Assembly: GCA_015232705.1 (NCBI GenBank)
Contig: JADFZD010000001.1
Span: forward strand, 1 to 47,826
Direction of reading: 5' to 3'
Length of the DNA stretch: 47,826 nucleotides
Origin: Magnetococcales bacterium
GTDB taxonomy: Bacteria; Pseudomonadota; Magnetococcia; Magnetococcales; Magnetaquicoccaceae
The notes under the pieces were generated by a model, which worked only from the letters and a program-made list of their open reading frames with translations, was not told the DNA's origin and ran no database searches. This document shows, in pieces, positions 46,114-47,826 of the stretch; within the stretch, counting starts at the first letter, position 1, and every line of letters starts with the position of its first letter. A program made the position numbers and the translations under genes.

Positions 46114-47116
46114 GCTCTTCCACCCGCTCGACGATAAAGCCGGCGTCCTCGATCAGGCGCAGCGTCTTGTCGGCGGCGTGACCGCCGGTGTTCAGATACC
46201 CCTCGGCAAAGAGCGAATTGGCCGGATAGAGCGCCAAAGACTCCAGTCCGCGCAGATTGGCCTCCCGTCCGCCCGCGGCGCGCACCTCGGCGGAGGGGTT
46301 CAAAAAGCGAAACAGACACAAGGCCCGCAGCGCATATTCCGGGGTCAGACGATTCTGCTCGCCCAGTTTCGAACCCGGCGCATGGACATAGAAGTTGACC
46401 GGAATGGAACGGGCATCCAGGCGATTCAGGGTGAGGGCCACCTCCACCACCTCATCCGCTCCTTCGCCCATACCCAGGATCAGGCCGCTGCACACCTCCA
46501 GTCCCACGGAACGGGCCGCCGTCAGCGTGGCCACGCGGTCGGCGTAGGTGTGGGTATGGCAGATGGTGCCGTAGCGCGCCTCGGAGGTGTTGAGATTGTG
46601 GTTGTAGCGGTCGAGTCCGGCCTCCTTCAGGCGGGCGGCCTGAGCGGCATCGATGAAGCCTGCCGACAGACACACCTCCATCGGAAAGGCCGCCTTCAGA
46701 CGATGGACGATGCCGGCCAAATGCGCCACCCGTTCATCTCCCGGTCCGCGCCCGGAGAGCACCAGACAGTAACGATAGGCACCCGACTCCAGAGCCTTGC
46801 GGGCCTCGTCGAAGATCGCCTCTTCGGACTTCATCCGATAGACCGGCACCTCGCCGTCACTGCTGGTCGCCTGTGCGCAGTAGTTGCAATCCTCGGGACA
46901 AAGGCCGTTCTGGACGTTGTTGAGAATATGCACCCGTACGCCACGTCCGAAATGACGCTCGCGTACCGTAAAGGCCGCATCCAGGAGCGGCAACAGGGAA
47001 ACGGCAGGATCGGTCAACACGCGCAAGGCAGCTTCGCGCGGGATCGACCCACCCTCCAGGGCCATGCGGGCAAGCGCGCGACAAAATTCATGAGAATCGG
47101 CAGGCATCCATTCCAC
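46106..47116 (-). CDS. bioB: Biotin synthase
   Basis: CPEDCNYCAQ radical-SAM motif, YNHNLNTS, CSG.I.GMGE, SIPVNF, AGGRE, ANSLF; start may be 47107. Confidence 0.96.
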   Translation of the reverse strand: MEWMPADSHEFCRALARMALEGGSIPREAALRVLTDPAVSLLPLLDAAFTVRERHFGRGVRVHILNNVQNGLCPEDCNYCAQATSSDGEVPVYRMKSEEAIFDEARKALESGAYRYCLVLSGRGPGDERVAHLAGIVHRLKAAFPMEVCLSAGFIDAAQAARLKEAGLDRYNHNLNTSEARYGTICHTHTYADRVATLTAARSVGLEVCSGLILGMGEGADEVVEVALTLNRLDARSIPVNFYVHAPGSKLGEQNRLTPEYALRALCLFRFLNPSAEVRAAGGREANLRGLESLALYPANSLFAEGYLNTGGHAADKTLRLIEDAGFIVERVEEHA

Positions 47117-47194
47117 AGAAGTGTACCCTCAAAAAAAAGATCAACACCCCCAGATCAGGTCACCGTGCGATTGTGCCCCAAGCGCAACCGTTTC

Positions 47195-47370
47195 ACCAGG
47201 GATTGGATTGGTACCCAATATCAGGATGCTTACGGCCTTCGAAGATTCCCTCCAGCCTTGCCTGAATGTCCGTTCCAATGTTGACCAGGGAGTTGGATTG
47301 GAACCCAACTTCAAGTTGCAGACGGCCTTCGAAAGATTCCCTCCAGCCTTGCCTGAATGCCCGTTCCAAT
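47195..47370. repeat. Two tandem ~90-bp palindromic units upstream of bioB
   Basis: ccaggga(g)ttggattgg(t/a)acccaa...acggccttcga(a)agattccctccagccttgcctgaatg(t/c)ccgttccaat twice. Confidence 0.85.
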
Positions 47371-47426
47371 TTTTGCACAACGATAAACAACTCTTTATTC
47401 GACACTCATGAACCCTATTCACAATA

Positions 47427-47596
47427 ATCCTGGATCCGACAGTTGCGCATGATTGCATGAGCCAACGTATGGGTTCATATGATGAATCGTCAGAAGCCGT
47501 AGTTCCTCATTTAATCAGGCATTTTTCCAATTTCCGATTTACCTGATGGATCAAAAGGTTGTCTCAAGTGACCGTTCGCAACCGCCGGATTTGGGT
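47427..47596. mobile_element. MITE family E copy 2
   Basis: TIRs atcctggatccgacagttgcg / cgcaaccgccggatttgggt, TA-flanked. Confidence 0.8.
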
Positions 47597-47649
47597 TAAC
47601 CCCATACCATCCAGACATATCCGGCAATTCCCAGGCATTCCTCCATTAA

Positions 47650-47826
47650 ACCGCACCCAGCTTGGAATGTGTCGTTTTTACTGATGAGAAAAAAAGAGAG
47701 GGTCTGGGAGATTCGTCTCCCAGGGTTTTGATTTTGATTGTGACTTTACCGCGCTCTTCAAAAGAAGCATTTTTCTCGTCTTTTGCGAAAAATGCGCTGC
47801 GCGCCGCCTTCGTGGGAGTCGTTTCC
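47650..47826. mobile_element. Family B copy 3 (runs off the window end)
   Basis: TTAA then accgcacccagcttggaatgtgtcgtttttac...; close reverse complement of ~3987-4155. Confidence 0.85.

Noticed and set aside
47195-47370. Mini CRISPR array or known riboswitch
   Set aside because: Whole units are duplicated without a spacer, and I recognise no riboswitch consensus

Overview
GC-rich proteobacterial chromosome segment. Gene content and repeat types suggest a sulfur-oxidising Magnetococcales-like organism (inference; no magnetosome genes seen). Left to right: (1) tusA-dsrE2 sulfur-trafficking genes and envelope genes; (2) an orphan ZorA/MotA-like membrane protein and a ParA; (3) a ~12-kb co-oriented minus-strand cluster (20037 to 8186) encoding an SCP-2 lipid-carrier protein, an RND adaptor and pump with no TolC gene, three secreted low-complexity proteins, a DUF4412-like protein, two SgpA/B-like sulfur globule proteins, and a ParA ATPase 3 bp from a membrane-anchored Met-rich coiled-coil gene. 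This is my best candidate for an undescribed system: sulfur-globule building and positioning. (4) An ~11.7-kb phage-satellite-like island in tRNA-Ser(CGA), made of two fused AlpA-replicon modules joined at an IS1182 remnant, with an iteron array, a lambda-type cosQ site, a Nu1-like small terminase, a c4/ash-type antisense RNA switch and a DUF2335 cargo pair. (5) Housekeeping genes: tetR, yccA, L,D-transpeptidase, fliQR-larCB, AI-2E, pyrF, bioBDA. Intergenic DNA carries at least five dispersed palindromic/MITE-like repeat families. All family assignments are by eye from motifs; no searches were run.
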